From NCBI RefSeq assembly GCF_016433145.1, contig NC_058131.1, forward strand, positions 113,112,793 to 113,176,792: 64,000 nt of DNA, read 5' to 3'. The notes under the pieces were generated by a model. That model saw only the letters and a list, made by a program, of their open reading frames with translations. It had not been told where the DNA came from and did not search any database. A program made the position numbers and the translations under genes. This document shows, one piece after another, positions 60,120 to 64,000 of the stretch (within the stretch, counting starts at the first letter, position 1; each line of letters starts with the position of its first letter). Source of the stretch: Gracilinanus agilis (lineage: Eukaryota).

Positions 60120-62230
60120 CCATTATCCTTATCAAGGCCATCCCTACTATATACTCCTTTGATCCTTCCTCCCTCTTCTTTTCCAGCAGATTGTTCCTCC
60201 AATCATCTCTACTCTTTCTCTAATCTTCATTATTGTCCTATCTACTGGATCCTTCCCTGAGGCCTGCAAACATATCCAAGTCTCCCACTTTCTTTTTTAA
60301 AAAATCCTCACTAGATCCTACTATCCCATTAAGTTATCATGCTATATCTCTCCTCTCTTTCATAATCAAACTCCTAAAAAATTCTGTTTTATACTTACTA
60401 TCTCCTTTTCGTTCTTCTCTCTTGCTTTTCAACCCATCATAGTTTAGCATCTGACCTCATCAATGAACTAAAATAGTTCCCTCCAAACTAAGTAAATCTA
60501 ATGAACTTTTCTCAATCTTTATCCTTCTCAACCTCCTCTGTAGCAACCTGGAATTCCTTCAGTTCCTTGGACCTGTTCACCCTGGAGTCTTCTCCATGAG
60601 GACCCCTGTTTCTCATTGGTCAGTTCCTCTTAAGGCCTCCGTTTTGGGAAGGGGCCCAGACCAGTACCTTAATTCCCTTTCTATTCCAGCCTCTGACTTT
60701 CTGGATAGACACCATGGCCCCATTTCTTTCTATACCCCAGCCCTCCCTTCTCAGTTCCCTTTTGTGTGTTCTTTCTCCATTAGGAATCTAAGCTACTTAG
60801 CTGCAAGGACTGTCACTCTTTTTGCTTGAATTTGTATCCCCAGCACTTACCATAATGCCTAGAGAATAATAAACACATAATAAATGTTTGTTGCCTTATT
60901 GACTTAACCTCCCTCTCTTCCTAAATAATCTCCTGCCTCTGGTTTTCCTGACACTGTTCTCTCTTGGTCCTCCCACTCTCATTCTGATTACTCCTTCTTA
61001 GTTTCCTTTACTTGTTCTTCATCCATGTCAAATACCTTAGTTAAGTATTCCCCAATCAAGGCTTTGTCTCAAGCCCTCTTGAATTCTCTGTACTCTCTCT
61101 TCATAAATATATAAACTCTCATGAGTTCAATAATTATCTCTATGCAGATGACTTCCAAATCTTCCAATCCAAGTCTCTCTCCTAACTCTAGTAATTCATC
61201 CTTAACTGTCCATTTTAGACCAATTTCCCATAGGTATCTCAAGCTCATCATGTCCAAAAGAGAACTTCTATCTTTCTCCCAAACCCACTGTTCCTCTAAA
61301 CCTCCCTTTTTCTGTTGAGGGCACCACCTTCTTATCATCCTGAACTCTTCATTTTCATTCACCCCTCATGTCCAAGCAGCTGCTAAATCTTGTCATCATT
61401 TGGACCTTCATAACAACTCTCATTATCTGTCTCCTTCTCCCAAACACCTTAGTTGAGGCCCTCATCACTTCTCACTTCAACTATTGCAATGGCTTCTTTA
61501 TTAAACCCTTCTCTCTTAAGGGCTATGCAATTTGATTTAAGTGACTTGCTCAGGGTCACATAGCTAGGAAGTGTCTGAGGCCACATTTGAACCCAGTCCT
61601 CTAGACTCTAAGTGCATCACTCTATGGATTATACACCTAGTCGCCCCTATTGCAATAACTTCTTAATTGATCGCCCTGGTACATGTCTCTCCCCACTCCA
61701 AACCATCTTCCACACAGTTGCCAAAGAAATTTTCCTAAAGCACAAGTTGATTTTACTCCATACTCAATAAACTGTGGTAGTTCCTTATTGCCTCTAAGAT
61801 CAAATATAAACTTTATCTTTTAAAGCTCTTCACTTTTTTTTCCTAGTCTTATGATACATTATTCCCCTTTCTTCACCCAGTAGCTGAACCATACTAGTCT
61901 TCTTACTATTCTTCATACATTTTTAGCCTTTGCACTGATTGTCCCCTATATCTGAAATGCATGCCCTCCTCATCTTTGCCTCTTGGAATCTCTTATTTCC
62001 CATAAAACTCAATTCAAGCAGCACCTTCTATAAGAAGCCTTTCCTGAATCTCCTCCCAGCTTCTAGTGCCTACTACCGAAAATCACCTTGTGTTTATTAT
62101 TTATATATTTATGTTTTAGACATTGTCTCCTTCAATAGAACATAAGCTCCTTGAAGCCTAGGACTGTTTTCATTTTTGACTTTGTAGCCTCAGTATCTAG
62201 CACAATGCTTGGTATATAGGTATATATCTT
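60120..62230 (+). mobile_element. L2 LINE with RT motif, interrupted by smaller inserts
   Basis: tat gca gat gac = YADD at 61141-61152 within YLYADDFQI; L2 3' tail near 62150-62230. Confidence 0.85.
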
Positions 62231-62310
62231 GTGCTCGGTACTAGAAATACAAAGAAAAAAATAAGCCATAGCTGATGCCTTCATGGACCTAATAAGTACA
62301 TCTCCTTCAA

Positions 62311-62490
62311 NNNNNNNNNNNNNNNNNNNNNNNNNNNNNNNNNNNNNNNNNNNNNNNNNNNNNNNNNNNNNNNNNNNNNNNNNNNNNNNNNNNNNNNNNN
62401 NNNNNNNNNNNNNNNNNNNNNNNNNNNNNNNNNNNNNNNNNNNNNNNNNNNNNNNNNNNNNNNNNNNNNNNNNNNNNNNNNNNNNNNNNN
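62311..62490. other. N run
   Basis: 180 N. Confidence 1.
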
Positions 62491-63760
62491 AGTCCTTATT
62501 TATGAGTATCCTAACATCCTACATCTATCTCCAGTTCTATAGTCTCTGCAATCCACATGTAGTCCCCTCTTCAAGGTCAATACTTGAAGGCATAGAGTCT
62601 AGTTCTAGTGTATGAAGTGACCATGAACTTCATCATTAATGTGATGTCAAACTGCTTAGGATAAGAGAAGTCTATACCTTGTTAGAGTTTACTCCTTGCC
62701 ATTGAGATACAAGTGAGAATTTAGGCTTCTCCTGGGCATATACCTGAGCCCACCAGCTGAATACCATGGAACTGACTTGCTAATAGCTGGCCCCAGAATA
62801 TTTTTTTTCCTTGCCCAGTTTGGGTATCAGTCATGAACCAGAGAGACCACATAGTTCCATGTTGTGGAACTTAACCAAACAAGGGAAATGGTGGTCCAGT
62901 AAAAGGAAAAGGAAAGTTAGGAAGAAGTGCAGGATTGAAGGAAAAGATGTTCATTTTCTTTTAGACACATTGAACTTGACATGCAACGAGCACTTTTTGG
63001 TAAAGGCATTCAGTATACAACTGAAACTCAGGAGACTTGTCAGGGTTAGACACATAGATATTGGAGCCAGACACATGAGCTTGGATGCTTTGGGAGTGGA
63101 TGAAAGCATTACAACATTGAGTATAGGAAGAAAAATATATATACATATATGATGTGTTGATAATAATAGTACAATCAATATAAGCAAAATCTATTGAATT
63201 GAGGTCAGGTAGGTGGCACAATGGATAGAGCGCCAGGACTGGAGTCAGGAAGACTCATCTTTATGAGTTCAAATCCAGCCTCAGACATTTATTAACTGTG
63301 TGACCTTGGGCAAATCATTTAATCTATTTGCCACATTTTCTTTTATCTGTGAAATGAGATAGAAAAGGAAATACCAAACTACTCCAGTATCATTGCAAAG
63401 AAAACTCCAAATGGGGTCATGAAGAGTCAGAAACCACTGAAATAACTGAACAACACCAAATTAAACTAGAATTTGATTTAAGTCTATAAGTTTAGGTAAC
63501 TGTGTCATTTCTCTGTTCTCTCCAATCAGAGATAAATTAAAAAGAAAAATATAAAGAAAAAATGACTCATTTTATCTCCACCCACTTTGCCTCATCCCAT
63601 CTACTTTCCTCTGGGTGCACTGATTACTTCTCTCATCTGGGCGGAACTGGGTTAATGAGACCAAAATCATGGTTTTATATTGCTCAACCTTAAACTGTTT
63701 CATGGCCACAAACTGAACCACTTATTGACACCAATAGTTACCTCAAAAATGCATAAGCAC

Positions 63761-64000
63761 TGGAGGGGATGTGGCAAAATTGGGACATTAATGCATTGCT
63801 GGTGGAGCTGTGAACTGATCCAGCCATTCTGGCTGGCAATTTGGAATCATGCTCAAAGGGCTATAAAAGAATGCCTGCCCTTTGACCCAGCCATACCATT
63901 GCTGGGTTTGTACCCCAAAGAGATCATAGATAAACAGACTTGTACGAAAATATTCATAGCTGCGCTTTTTGTGGTGGCAACAAATTGGAAAAGGAGGGTA
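63761..64000 (+). mobile_element. Young 5'-truncated L1, ORF2 C-terminal region, continues past the window
   Basis: Open 80-codon frame WRGCGKIGTLMHCWWSCELIQPFWLAIWNHAQRAIKECLPFDPAIPLLGLYPKEII (zinc-knuckle region). Confidence 0.95.

Noticed and set aside
1-64000. Conserved miRNA, snRNA, rRNA, NUMT or endogenous non-retroviral virus sequence
   Set aside because: By-eye comparison with remembered sequences found none. Rfam, miRBase and tblastx searches would be needed to exclude them.

Overview
Repeat-dense, AT-rich, strongly CpG-depleted marsupial DNA. The young tRNA-headed CORE-SINE copies match the SINE1_Mdo type, pointing to a didelphid opossum such as Monodelphis domestica (recognised from memory, not searched). 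The window looks intronic or intergenic. I cannot support any protein-coding gene: the supplied ORFs are transposon-derived, antisense to transposons, low-complexity, span N runs, or are unrecognisable. Most of the sequence is layered retroelement and DNA-transposon fossil: L1, L2, L3/CR1, RTE, MIR/MAR1-type and SINE1_Mdo SINEs, solo LTRs and hAT MITEs. There is also a decayed near-full-length 7SL copy and six N runs. The best second-look items are a twin-primed (5'-inverted) L1 with a 19-bp TSD, two RE1/NRSE-like motifs inside L2 tails, a CpG-retaining unique block at 31.5-32.1 kb, several TE-free enhancer- or exon-like islands, a nested TE stack and a locally born minisatellite. I found no evidence of a new biological system. 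Family names are recalled rather than database-confirmed, and boundaries of old repeats are approximate.
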